From Pseudomonadota bacterium (GTDB taxonomy: Bacteria > Pseudomonadota > Alphaproteobacteria > UBA9219 > RGZA01): DNA of 58,103 nucleotides. The notes beneath the pieces were generated by a model. It was not told the origin of the DNA. It did not search any database and saw nothing but the letters and a program-made list of their open reading frames with translations. The DNA lies in the NCBI GenBank assembly GCA_048498415.1, contig JBEHYA010000002.1, positions 1 to 58,103 of the forward strand. The letters are read 5' to 3'. Position 1 is the first letter of the stretch. The number at the start of each line of letters is the position of its first letter. Below are positions 1 to 8,960 of the stretch, piece by piece. A program made the position numbers and the translations under genes.

Positions 1-1529
1 TTCCCCACCCGCCAGTGATTATCGCCGCGCGCGTCGACCTGCGGGCTGTGGGTGATGGCCAATGTTTGAATATTGCCGCCAAGGCTGGCTAACCGTTCAC
101 CCACCGCATCGGCAGTGGCGCCGCCAATGCCGGTATCCACTTCATCGAAAATCAGCGTGGCGGTATCGGCATTGGTGGCAAGGCACATGCGGAGCGCCAG
201 CATGAAGCGCGCAAGTTCGCCGCCAGACGCAATTTTGTTCAAGGGGCCAGCCGGTAAATCCGGGTTGGTGGAGCCTGTAAACGTCACGCGACTGAAGCCG
301 CGCGGGCCGGCGGCATCTAAGGATAGTTTTTCAACGGCGATCACAATGCGGGCTTTATTCAGCTTTAAGGGCGGCAGCTCGGCCTGAATGGCTTTTTCCA
401 GCTTTTTGGCAGCCGCTTCGCGCTTGGCGTGCAGGCTTTCAGCTTCGCCCGCGAACTTCTTTTCCAGCTGGGCGGTTTGTTCGCGTAGCTTTTTAAGTTG
501 GACATCGGAATTTTCTACGCTTTCCAGCTGGGCGCGGAGTTTTTCAGCATAAGCCGGCAATTCTTCCGGCGTGCATTGGTATTTGCGCGCGGCGGCGCGG
601 ATCGCGAATAAGCGTTCTTCGATTTTTTCCAGATTGGCGGCATCGAAAGCATCGCTGTTCATCAGATTTTCTAGCGCGGCCACGCTTTCGGCCAGCGCAT
701 CTTCGGCGCGGTTTAAATTATCGAGAATACCATCCAGCAAATCGTGATTTTTTTCGGCCGCGCGGGTGAGAATACGGCGGGCGGCGCCAGCGCTTGTGGC
801 GGCGCCTTTATCGCCCTGCAATTCATTATGCGCGGCGCCCAACGCTTCCATGGTTTTTTCGGAAGATTGCAGGCGCGTGCGTTTTTCAGCCAAAGCTTCC
901 GCTTCGCCGGGTTCGGGGCTGAGTTTATCCAGCTCGGCGATGCTGTGCTGCAGGTCATCCAGCTGGCGCGACAGGCTGGTGGCCATTTGTTCGGCATTCT
1001 GATAGGCGGCGAGGGCTTCCTGCCATTGGCCATAGGTGAGGGCGAGGGCTTTTACCGCGGCATCTGCCCCCGCATAGCTATCGAGATAGCTTAAATGGTT
1101 CTCGCGGTTTAAAAGGCCATGCGTTTCATACTGGCCGTGAATTTCCACCAGCGTGCCGCCAAGTTTTTTGAGGGCATTGATGGCCACCGGCTGATCATCG
1201 GCAAACGCACGGCTGCGGCCATCGCGGCCCACCACACGGCGCAGAATAAGCGGTTCGGCGCTGGTGCTTTCGCGCAAACCAAGTTCCTGCAACAGCGCAT
1301 GCGCGCTGTGGCCTTTGGGGAGATTGAAGGTGAGGCTGACGCTGGCCTGTTCCGCGCCTTGCCGCACCAGCGTGGCTTCGCTGCGTTCGCCAAGTGCCAG
1401 CCCGATTGAATCGAGCAGAATGGATTTGCCCGCGCCGGTTTCGCCTGTCAGCACCGTCAGGCCCGCCGGCACGTCCAGATCAAGCTGGTCGATCAGCAGG
1501 ACATTGCGGATGGAGAGCTGGCTGAGCAT
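1..1529 (-). CDS. recN: DNA repair protein RecN (C-terminus outside window)
   Basis: The reverse complement from the ATG at 1529-1527 translates by hand to MLSQLSIRNVLLIDQLDLDVPAGLTVLTGETGAGKSILLDSIGLALGERS, with Walker A GETGAGKS. The same frame at the left edge reads FDEVDTGIGGATADAVGERLASLGGNIQTLAITHSPQV, a RecN-type C-terminal signature. The frame is open to position 1, which explains why it is missing from the ORF track. Confidence 0.88.
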   Translation of the reverse strand, partial: MLSQLSIRNVLLIDQLDLDVPAGLTVLTGETGAGKSILLDSIGLALGERSEATLVRQGAEQASVSLTFNLPKGHSAHALLQELGLRESTSAEPLILRRVVGRDGRSRAFADDQPVAINALKKLGGTLVEIHGQYETHGLLNRENHLSYLDSYAGADAAVKALALTYGQWQEALAAYQNAEQMATSLSRQLDDLQHSIAELDKLSPEPGEAEALAEKRTRLQSSEKTMEALGAAHNELQGDKGAATSAGAARRILTRAAEKNHDLLDGILDNLNRAEDALAESVAALENLMNSDAFDAANLEKIEERLFAIRAAARKYQCTPEELPAYAEKLRAQLESVENSDVQLKKLREQTAQLEKKFAGEAESLHAKREAAAKKLEKAIQAELPPLKLNKARIVIAVEKLSLDAAGPRGFSRVTFTGSTNPDLPAGPLNKIASGGELARFMLALRMCLATNADTATLIFDEVDTGIGGATADAVGERLASLGGNIQTLAITHSPQVDARGDNHWRVG

Positions 1530-1547
1530 CGGGCGGGGCGCATTTCC

Positions 1548-2372
1548 TTATTTGAACTGGCGGCTGATCCAGCTGCTGGTATCTTTTTCCGGCGCGAGGT
1601 TCTTGGCCTTCAGCAAATCGTAGCTGTCGCCATACCATTTGCTGCCGGGGAAGTTGTAGCCCAGCACGGCGGCGGCCGTTTGCGCCTCGCGCGGAATACC
1701 GACGGCCAGATAGCATTCGACCAAGCGATGCAACGCTTCCGCCACGTGGCTGGTGGTCTGGTAATCTTCAATGACTTTGCGGAAACGGCCCAAAGCTGCC
1801 ACATACTGCTTCTGTTTTTCGTACCAGCGGCCAATTTCCATTTCCTTGCCGGCTAAATGATCACGCGTGAGGCTAAGTTTAAGCTCCGCATCGCGGGCAT
1901 ATTTGGTCTCGGGGAAACGGCGGCTGACTTCTTTCAGCGCATCCATGGCTTTTTCGGTATCCGACTGGTCGCGGCCCACATCGCTGATCTGTTCGTAATA
2001 GCACAATGCCCGCATGTAATAGGCATAAGCGATTTCCGGATGACCGGGATGGATTTGAATAAAGCGATCCAGCGTGTTGATGGCATCGGTAAAATTATAG
2101 TTCTGATAATGCGCATACGCGGCCATTAATTGCGCGCGCGTCGCCCATTGCGAATAGGGGTGCTGGCGTTCGACTTCATCGAACAGACGCGCGGCTTCCG
2201 GATAATCTTTCTGGCGCATGGCGCTTTGCGCTTCGGTGTAAAGCTCCTCCGGCGGTTTCTCCACATACGGCTTGGCCTGCTCGTCGGCGCAGGCCGAGAG
2301 AAGCATCAGCAAACCGGCAAACAGGGCAGGAAAAAAGGAACGCCAAATGGGGCTTAAGAGCTTGGATTTCAT
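1548..2372 (-). CDS. bamD: Outer membrane protein assembly factor BamD (ComL-like lipoprotein)
   Basis: 274-aa ORF with a signal peptide and lipobox (LLSAC). The body is TPR-like and helical (YPYSQWATRAQLMAAYAHY, YARDAELKL). It lies between lpxC and recN, as in Rhizobiales-type dcw flanks. Confidence 0.85.
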   Translation of the reverse strand: MKSKLLSPIWRSFFPALFAGLLMLLSACADEQAKPYVEKPPEELYTEAQSAMRQKDYPEAARLFDEVERQHPYSQWATRAQLMAAYAHYQNYNFTDAINTLDRFIQIHPGHPEIAYAYYMRALCYYEQISDVGRDQSDTEKAMDALKEVSRRFPETKYARDAELKLSLTRDHLAGKEMEIGRWYEKQKQYVAALGRFRKVIEDYQTTSHVAEALHRLVECYLAVGIPREAQTAAAVLGYNFPGSKWYGDSYDLLKAKNLAPEKDTSSWISRQFK

Positions 2373-2440
2373 GCCGATTTTATAGCATGACCCGTATGGC
2401 CAGCGTAAGGCATTCAGCGAGAATGTAGGGGAATAGCGGT

Positions 2441-3355
2441 TTAGCGGGGCAGGCTGGCGCTGAATTCAGCGGCCATGGCCGGAGGCAGCGAATCGCCGGT
2501 GATTTCCACCGTGGCGGTCGCATCGGCGAACAGGGCACGCAGAAGCGCGTTGTTCAGCGTGTGGCCCGAACGGCTGCCGGTAAAGCGGCCGATAATCACG
2601 GCGCCTGCCAGCGACAGATCGCCGATGGCATCCAGCAGTTTGTGGCGGGCCAGCTCGTTTTCAAAACGGTAGCCTTCCGGGTTCACGATTTCGCCCGAAC
2701 GGTTGATGAGAATGGCGTTATCAAGGCTGCCGCCAAGCGTGAGGCCCTTGGCGCGGAGCATCTCGAGATCCGCTTCAAAGCCGAAGGTACGGGCGCTCGC
2801 CACTTCCGCGAAATCGCTTTCTTCCAGATCCAGCGCATAGGACTGGCTGCCGACCTGATGCTGCGGGTAGGCGACTTCAATGCCGAAGGCGGGCGCATCC
2901 GCCGGCTCTAATACCGCGGTGGCGCCGTTGTGCGTCACTTCAATACGCTTTAAAACCTTGATGAAACGGCGCGCGGCTTCCAGTTCGGCAATGCCGGCTT
3001 CCATGATCATTTCAAAGAAGGGCGCGGCGCTGCCATCAAGAATGGGCACTTCCGGGCCGTCAATGGTAACCAGCACGTTATCAATGCCGCTGGCATAAAG
3101 CGCCGCCATCAGATGTTCGATGGTATAAACATCCACGCCGCCTTCATTCACCAGGCGGGTGCAGAGGGGCGAGGCGCGCACCATGTCCCAGTTGGCGGGA
3201 ATGCGGGCATGCGCGCTATCGATATCAAGGCGCTGAAAAACGATGCCGTGATTTTCTTTTGTGGGGTGCAGTGTGAGTGTGACGATTTGCCCGGTATGCA
3301 CGCCTTCGCCCACGCAGGAAATTTCACGCGCCAGTGTGCGCTGGCGGGACGACAT
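2441..3355 (-). CDS. lpxC: UDP-3-O-acyl-N-acetylglucosamine deacetylase LpxC
   Basis: I trimmed track ORF 2441..3517 to the ATG at 3355 (MSSRQRTLAREISCVGEGVHTG). LpxC-type motifs are present: TIEHLMAALYASGIDN, PILDGSAAPF, ELARHKLLDAIGDL. The 54 codons upstream look like spurious extension. Confidence 0.9.
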   Translation of the reverse strand: MSSRQRTLAREISCVGEGVHTGQIVTLTLHPTKENHGIVFQRLDIDSAHARIPANWDMVRASPLCTRLVNEGGVDVYTIEHLMAALYASGIDNVLVTIDGPEVPILDGSAAPFFEMIMEAGIAELEAARRFIKVLKRIEVTHNGATAVLEPADAPAFGIEVAYPQHQVGSQSYALDLEESDFAEVASARTFGFEADLEMLRAKGLTLGGSLDNAILINRSGEIVNPEGYRFENELARHKLLDAIGDLSLAGAVIIGRFTGSRSGHTLNNALLRALFADATATVEITGDSLPPAMAAEFSASLPR

Positions 3356-3517
3356 AAGGGCGGATGCGTTAAGGCTGTTATCGCGGGGCACAATAAATCT
3401 TTCAGGTGATGGCGCCAAAAACCTGAGGCGCCGAAGAAAATGGTGCACTCTATATAGCAAGCCCGCTAAGCCGCCCCTATTCACGGGGGATTTCGACATA
3501 TTACAATGGAGAATCAA

Positions 3518-4654
3518 TTAGTTAAGGATGTTGTCGGAACGCCGTAAGGTGGCGATTTCAACCGGATGAGTCGGGCCGCGCTCTTCGCGGAGAGCCCGGT
3601 ACATATCGGGGGCGAAGCGATCCACCCCGCTGATGTAGTTATGAAGGATGATGTGGCCCAGCGCGGCACGGAAGTCATCGTCGGCAATCGAGATGGGGCT
3701 GCTTGCATACCCGTCGATATCCAGCTGCTGCGTGATGGCGATGAGGGCATCCGACAGGCGCGGCGGGAAATCTTCCTGCAGGGCGAAGCGATGGGCCATG
3801 GGCATAACGACTTCATGGCGCGAAAAATTGATCTCCCGTTTCGCGATGGCGGTTTCAATTCTTGTAATATCGGGCGAGGGCGTGCCGTTTTTCCAAAGCG
3901 CGGCCAGATCGGATGGCGGAATAAGAAGGCCCATTTCATTCGCAACAAGCTGCAGCCGCGCGGCGCGGGCGGCTTCGTGCAGCAGCAGGCCGTGATTGCG
4001 GTAAATACCGAAAGCGGGGGCGACGGTATCGCGTTCGGCTTCAGTCGGCAGGCCGGTCGCCAGTGGGCGCATGCCAAGGGCGACGTCCCAATGGCGGGCG
4101 GTTTCTTCATCGCCTTTTTCAATAAAGAGCTGCATGGCCAGGCGAAGGGCTGTAAAGCGCAGCTGATTGGCACCGGCATGTTTGCGCGACAGGCCGCGAT
4201 CATCGATATGCGACACGCTGAACAGCATTTTTTGCGCAAGATCGAAATTGACCAGCCGCGCCACGGTCGTGCCGCTGACCGTGCTGATTTGTGTATTGGC
4301 TAGATTGGAGAGCATGGTGGCCGGGTTTTGCTGCAGGCCGTCATGCACGGCGATGAAAACAAAGTGATCGCCATCCATAAGGTGTGCCGCACCCACATTA
4401 TGGGCCGCCCAGGCGAGATCGTAATTGAGAAGGTGGGCCGGCAGACCCTGCGCGGCCAGAAACTTTTCGAGCCGATGACTTTGCGCAAACAGGCCCGGCT
4501 TGTATTCTTCATCCGGCAGATAATCGCGGCGATCAAGGATGAAGATATGCCGGTGGGCATAGGCATCGATGCTTGGCACCGGGTTATCCTTGCCCCAGCG
4601 GAAAAGCTTCATGATCGCCAAGGCTTCGGCGGGTGTAAAAATGGTGTCTTGCAT
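3518..4654 (-). CDS. Hypothetical protein (orphan, 378 aa) inserted between ftsZ and lpxC
   Basis: Long open frame. I trimmed track ORF 3518..4717 to the ATG at 4654 (MQDTIFTPAEALAIMK). I see no signal peptide, TM segment or recognisable motif. Base composition resembles the neighbouring genes. Confidence 0.6.
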   Translation of the reverse strand: MQDTIFTPAEALAIMKLFRWGKDNPVPSIDAYAHRHIFILDRRDYLPDEEYKPGLFAQSHRLEKFLAAQGLPAHLLNYDLAWAAHNVGAAHLMDGDHFVFIAVHDGLQQNPATMLSNLANTQISTVSGTTVARLVNFDLAQKMLFSVSHIDDRGLSRKHAGANQLRFTALRLAMQLFIEKGDEETARHWDVALGMRPLATGLPTEAERDTVAPAFGIYRNHGLLLHEAARAARLQLVANEMGLLIPPSDLAALWKNGTPSPDITRIETAIAKREINFSRHEVVMPMAHRFALQEDFPPRLSDALIAITQQLDIDGYASSPISIADDDFRAALGHIILHNYISGVDRFAPDMYRALREERGPTHPVEIATLRRSDNILN

Positions 4655-4717
4655 CGAATAAAGGCGCCCGGAAATACATTCCAAATCTGGGGCCAATATA
4701 ACGCGCGGAATAAGCAA

Positions 4718-4752
4718 CTAAAAAGCGGCCCCGAAGTTATCAGGGCCGCTTT
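4718..4752 (-). terminator. Rho-independent terminator downstream of ftsZ
   Basis: On the minus strand the sequence reads AAAAGCGGCCC-UGAUAACUUCG-GGGCCGCUUUUUAG. The 8-bp GC stem uses arms 4724-4731 and 4743-4750 and is followed by a U-run. It lies 40-70 nt after the ftsZ stop. Confidence 0.6.
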
Positions 4753-4790
4753 TAAAGGATTAACCACAAATATTTATGCGGTTTTCCGCT

Positions 4791-6527
4791 TTAGTTCGAT
4801 TGGCGGCGGAGGAACGCAGGGATTTCCAGCGTTTCTTCTTCCGAACTCAATTGCGGGCGGTTGGTGGGATCGATGCCCAGCTTCGACTGGCCCGGCTGCG
4901 GCTGTTGCTGCGGGGTGGTCTGTTCGGCAGGCTTGCTCGATGTGAAGTTGCCAGCAAGACGTGCGAAGAGCGAACCCGCGCGCTTGGTGTTCTGCTTTTC
5001 GCGTTCCGCCTGAATATAATCAGCCTGCTGGGTTTCCGGCTGGCTGACCTGTGGCGGGGCGCTTGGCTGTTGCTGGAACAGACCAAAGCCCTGTTGGGCC
5101 GGCTGCTGCTGTTGCACAGGCGCGGACGGCTGTTGCTGCTGGGACTGGTACATGCTTTCCGCCTGCTGGGCAGATGCTTCGGCTTGCCGCGCGCGATCCA
5201 GCAAGTTCTGGAGCGCCTGGCTATGCGCCACGGTTTCCGGGTTGCTGCTCTGCACGGGCGGCGCAGCCACGCGGCTGTTCTGGCCCATCACGCCCCACGA
5301 GAATGGCGCGGAGAAGGAACCGGTTTGCGGCTGTTCCACGGGCTGCTGCGGCGTTTGGCCGTAATTGCTTTGCGGCTGCTGCTGCACGCGTGCGGCGTTC
5401 TGCTGGGCAGAAGCCTGCGCTGCGGCCGGAGCGTTGAAGGTGGGCGCGAAAGTGGGCGTCTGGCGCGCGACGGCAGCTTCCTTCTGCACGGGCGCTTGCA
5501 CGCTGCGCGGGGTTTGCAGGTGGGCAGGGGCCCCAACGCCGCCGCGGCGGGCTTCGGTATCGGCGACATCGATGCCGGTGGCGACCACCGACACGCGCAT
5601 CTTGCCTTCCATCTTTTCATCAAACGTCGAGCCGAAGATGATGTTGGCTTCCGGATCCACTTCCTCGCGGATGCGGTTCGCGGCTTCATCGACTTCGAAC
5701 AGCGTCATATCAAAGCCGCCGGTGATGTTGATCAGCACGCCGCGCGCGCCCTTCATCGAGACGTCATCAAGCAGCGGGTTGGCAATTGCGGCTTCCGACG
5801 CATTGATCGAGCGTTTTTCGCCCGAGGCTTCGCCGGTGCCCATCATGGCTTTGCCCATTTCGCTCATCACGGAACGGATATCGGCAAAATCGAGGTTGAT
5901 AAGGCCGGGCATGACCATGAGGTCGGTCACGCCGCGCACGCCGGAATGCAGAACTTCATCGGCCATGCGGAAGGCATCGGCAAACGTGGTCTTCTCATTC
6001 GCGATGCGGAAAAGGTTTTGGTTGGGGATGATGATGAGGGTATCGACGTATTGCTGCAGTTCCTGCAGGCCGGCTTCGGCCATGCGCATGCGGTGTGCGC
6101 CTTCAAAGTGGAACGGCTTGGTGACGACGCCAACGGTGAGAATGCCTTGTTCGCGCGCGGCGCGGGCAATCACGGGCGCTGCGCCGGTGCCGGTACCGCC
6201 GCCCATGCCGGCGGTGATGAAGGCCATGTTGGTGCCTTCTAAATACGCCATGATTTCATCGATCTGTTCTTCGGCGGCGGCGCGGCCCACTTCCGGCTTG
6301 GCGCCGGCACCTAAACCACGGGTGAGGTTGACGCCGAGCTGCAATTTGCGTTCCGAGAGATTGCCGGCCAGCGCCTGCGCATCGGAATTGGCCACCACGA
6401 ATTCCACGCCTTCCAGCGAGGAACGGATCATGTTGTTGACGGCATTGCCGCCCGCGCCGCCAACGCCGAAAACGGTGATGCGGGGGCGAAGCTGAGCCGT
6501 CTGTTCGGGAACGGTAATCTGGATCAT
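4791..6527 (-). CDS. ftsZ: Cell division GTPase FtsZ with long Q/P-rich linker
   Basis: Tubulin signature [14 protein letters not shown]-terminal [14 protein letters not shown], and C-terminal conserved peptide [10 protein letters not shown]. The ATG is at 6527-6525, preceded by AAGGGA. Confidence 0.97.
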   Translation of the reverse strand: MIQITVPEQTAQLRPRITVFGVGGAGGNAVNNMIRSSLEGVEFVVANSDAQALAGNLSERKLQLGVNLTRGLGAGAKPEVGRAAAEEQIDEIMAYLEGTNMAFITAGMGGGTGTGAAPVIARAAREQGILTVGVVTKPFHFEGAHRMRMAEAGLQELQQYVDTLIIIPNQNLFRIANEKTTFADAFRMADEVLHSGVRGVTDLMVMPGLINLDFADIRSVMSEMGKAMMGTGEASGEKRSINASEAAIANPLLDDVSMKGARGVLINITGGFDMTLFEVDEAANRIREEVDPEANIIFGSTFDEKMEGKMRVSVVATGIDVADTEARRGGVGAPAHLQTPRSVQAPVQKEAAVARQTPTFAPTFNAPAAAQASAQQNAARVQQQPQSNYGQTPQQPVEQPQTGSFSAPFSWGVMGQNSRVAAPPVQSSNPETVAHSQALQNLLDRARQAEASAQQAESMYQSQQQQPSAPVQQQQPAQQGFGLFQQQPSAPPQVSQPETQQADYIQAEREKQNTKRAGSLFARLAGNFTSSKPAEQTTPQQQPQPGQSKLGIDPTNRPQLSSEEETLEIPAFLRRQSN

Positions 6528-6644
6528 GGAAGCAAAAATCCCTTATGAATCGAATGATGCCGAAATGGTGCGCTGGGCGTTGATTCGAGGCAAGTCAAAT
6601 TACACCCGCGTCGAAACAATTAAGGCGGGCGTTAAGTTTACTGC

Positions 6645-6746
6645 CTCATTCCCGCGAAAGCGGGAATCCAGGGGACTGGACATGTTGGGGTTGCTTTTCG
6701 CCGCAGACGCGGGCTTTAGCTGGATCCCCGCTTTCGCGGGGATGAG
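6645..6746. repeat. 102-bp double-hairpin (MITE/REP-like) element in the ftsA-ftsZ spacer
   Basis: The terminal arms are CTCATTCCCGCGAAAGCGGGAATCCAG (6645-6671) and CTGGATCCCCGCTTTCGCGGGGATGAG (6720-6746). They are reverse complements apart from 2 compensatory changes. Each arm is itself an 8-bp stem with a GAAA/TTTC loop. Confidence 0.8.
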
Positions 6747-6753
6747 GTAGCCG

Positions 6754-8025
6754 CTAGACGACGTTTTTCAGCCAGCCGCCGATGCGGCCTAACAGGTCCT
6801 GGCTAGCGCTTAAATCCTGCCCGAAGCGCGGCATAGCAGCTTCTGGATTCACGGCGAACAGCAAAAGCCCAGCGGTGGTCGCAAAAGCCGGGCCGCTGGC
6901 GTGTTCGGAGAGGCCCGAAAGCTTGGTGGGCCGGCCGATGCGCACCTGTTTATCCAAGATACGCTGCGCCATTTCGCGCAAACCCGGCAATTGGCACGCG
7001 CCGCCCGTGAGCACCACGCGGCGCGAGAGCGGGGTGGAGAGCTTGGCGGTATCGAGCCGCGCTTTCAGCATCTCGAAGGTTTCTTCCAGACGCGGCTGGA
7101 TGATGCGGATGAGATGGGATTTGGGTACGTGGTTCGCCAGTTCCGGCGCTTCTTCACCCACCTGCGGCACGTCGATGATTTCTTTATCGTCGCGCAAACT
7201 TGAAAGCGCGTTGCCGAACAATGTCTTGAGGCGTTCGGCATGGCCGACGGGCGTGGTGAGCACGCGCGCGATGTCGTTGGTCACATGATTGCCGCCGATG
7301 GGGATTGTGTCGGCATGCACCAGCTGCCTGCCTTCAAACACGGCAAAACTTGTAGTGCCGCCGCCCATATCGATGACGGTGGTGCCGAGCTCCATTTCAT
7401 CTTCCACCAGACACGACAGGCCGCTGGCGTAAGGGCTGATCACCACCTGATCCACCTGCAAATGGCAACGGTTGAGGGCGGAAAGAAGCGTGCGAATGGG
7501 CGCATGCTGCGCGGTGATGAGATGCAGTTTGATATCGAGCTTATCGCCCGTCATGCCGCGCGGATCGCGGATGCCTTTTTGCTGATCCAGCGCAAATTCG
7601 GTGGGCACGATGTGCAATAGTTCGGTGTAATCATCCAGCGCGTTTTGCTGGCCTTCCCAGAAGGCGCGTTCAATATCGTTATCGGTGACTTCGCGGCCAT
7701 TCAAATTAAGTTCGATATGTTCGTGGTTGGAACCGAGCTTGCCGCCCGAAAAGTTCACCACCACACGCTGGATTTTTTCGCCCGCCATGTCTTCGGCGTT
7801 ATCGAGCGTGGTGTTGATGGCCTGCTGGGCGGCTTCCAGGTCGACGATGTTGCCGGCGCGAAGCCCGTGCGAAATATGGTGGCCGATGCCGATCACGCGT
7901 GGCGGCTCGCCTTCATCGGCGACCGCAATGAAGCAGCAGATCTTGCTGGTGCCGACATCAAGAGCGGCCAGCGTGGTGCGCTTGGATTTTGGATTGCGGG
8001 GAAATGGCTTAATCGCGTCGTTCAT
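6754..8025 (-). CDS. ftsA: Cell division protein FtsA
   Basis: 423-aa actin-fold ORF (LDVGTSKICCFIA, VIDMGGGTTSFAVF, VLTGGACQLPGL). Conserved position between ftsQ and ftsZ. Confidence 0.95.
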   Translation of the reverse strand: MNDAIKPFPRNPKSKRTTLAALDVGTSKICCFIAVADEGEPPRVIGIGHHISHGLRAGNIVDLEAAQQAINTTLDNAEDMAGEKIQRVVVNFSGGKLGSNHEHIELNLNGREVTDNDIERAFWEGQQNALDDYTELLHIVPTEFALDQQKGIRDPRGMTGDKLDIKLHLITAQHAPIRTLLSALNRCHLQVDQVVISPYASGLSCLVEDEMELGTTVIDMGGGTTSFAVFEGRQLVHADTIPIGGNHVTNDIARVLTTPVGHAERLKTLFGNALSSLRDDKEIIDVPQVGEEAPELANHVPKSHLIRIIQPRLEETFEMLKARLDTAKLSTPLSRRVVLTGGACQLPGLREMAQRILDKQVRIGRPTKLSGLSEHASGPAFATTAGLLLFAVNPEAAMPRFGQDLSASQDLLGRIGGWLKNVV

Positions 8026-8088
8026 GCAGAAATACGTTCTATGAAAACAGGTAAAAAGTGTACCTGATTCGAACCGTAACGCGAACGC

Positions 8089-8949
8089 CTAATTGGCCTT
8101 CTTTTTCGCGCCTTTTTCGGCCTTCGGGTCGATGACTTCATCGGTCTGCACGGTCATGCGATCGGGCAGGCGCAGGTCAATGCCGGTAATCCGGCGCTCC
8201 AGGATATTTTCGTCGCTGATGGCGTGGCGCAGGCGTTCCAGCGCATCATCTACATTATCTTCCGGCAGTTTCACCACGATGCCGTCGTTCATATATAAAT
8301 CCCACCGGCGTTCGCCCACGCGCGTGGCGCCCTTCACGTGGTTCGCCACCGCTTTCTGCGCCTGCAACTGGCTGAGAAGATCGGCGGCGGCCACATCGGC
8401 GCCTTTGCCTACCACGATGGGCAGGGTGCGGGGTTCGTTCGGCGTCATTTCGCGCAGCACGTGGCCATCGCGGTCGATGAGCTTGAACTGTTTATTGGTC
8501 TGCCAGATGGCCATGGGTTCGCGCTCGTTCAGGCGCACATAAATGGTTTGCGGCATGCGGCGTTCCACCACGCCGCTGCGCACCCATGAAATATCCTGCA
8601 CACGCTTGAGGGCTGCGTGCGGGTCGAACGACAAAATCGGCGTGCCTTTTTGTACATCCAGCGCTTCCAACACGGTGTCTTTGCGCGTCTGGTTACGGCC
8701 TTCGATCAGAATATCCTGCACGGAGAAGCCGGCTTTGCCGGTGACATCGATGGCTGCATTCACCACGTTTTGCGTTTTGCGCTGGAACCAGCCATCGCGC
8801 ACCAGATAAACGCCCATGCCGATGATGAAGATGCCAAGCAACCCCAGCAGCACGAAGCCGAGGGTTTTATAATCTTCCACCAGCGCCGCGGCGTCTGGCG
8901 CGCTGCGGGCTTTCGGGCGTTTAACGGTGATGCGGCGTTTGCGGGCCAT
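8089..8949 (-). CDS. ftsQ: Cell division protein FtsQ
   Basis: Basic N-terminus, a single TM (LGFVLLGLLGIFIIGMGVYLV) and a POTRA-like segment (FSVQDILIEGRNQTRKDTVLEAL). Conserved position. Confidence 0.9.
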   Translation of the reverse strand: MARKRRITVKRPKARSAPDAAALVEDYKTLGFVLLGLLGIFIIGMGVYLVRDGWFQRKTQNVVNAAIDVTGKAGFSVQDILIEGRNQTRKDTVLEALDVQKGTPILSFDPHAALKRVQDISWVRSGVVERRMPQTIYVRLNEREPMAIWQTNKQFKLIDRDGHVLREMTPNEPRTLPIVVGKGADVAAADLLSQLQAQKAVANHVKGATRVGERRWDLYMNDGIVVKLPEDNVDDALERLRHAISDENILERRITGIDLRLPDRMTVQTDEVIDPKAEKGAKKKAN

Positions 8950-8960
8950 GACAAAAAGAA

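Noticed and set aside
2441-3517. 54-codon N-terminal extension of LpxC in the track ORF, and similarly 31 extra codons on the DUF2167-like ORF (to 28716)
   Set aside because: The extensions have no similarity to the respective families. Internal ATGs (3355 and 28623) give canonical N-termini: the LpxC start, and a signal peptide MKKF...
4776-6495. Very long plus-strand ORFs (488 aa at 4776-6242, 376 aa at 5365-6495) antisense to ftsZ
   Set aside because: They have the R/A/G/L-rich, low-complexity composition typical of shadow ORFs in GC-rich DNA. The minus strand encodes an unambiguous FtsZ with the tubulin signature. I saw no independent start or RBS context.
6620-6635. CtrA-box-like TTAA-N-TTAA in the ftsZ upstream region
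   Set aside because: The spacer is 8 nt (TTAAggcgggcgTTAA), not the 7 nt of the TTAA-N7-TTAAC consensus.
6648-6667. ATTCCC-N8-GGGAAT matches the formal pattern of the Neisseria dRS3 repeat
   Set aside because: The pattern match follows trivially from any ATTCCC-stem hairpin. The host is clearly not Neisseria-like, and homology cannot be claimed.
6526-6750. 74-aa ORF in the ftsA-ftsZ spacer (..SFPRKRESRG...WIPAFAGMR)
   Set aside because: Its sequence is simply the translation of the two palindromic repeat arms. Peptides of the SFPRKRES/IPAFAGM type are typical artefacts of this kind of repeat.
8050-8068. 6-bp palindrome CAGGTA-aaaagtg-TACCTG between ftsQ and ftsA
   Set aside because: The stem is short and AT-containing with no U-tract, so it is probably not a terminator. 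It is also too small to interpret.
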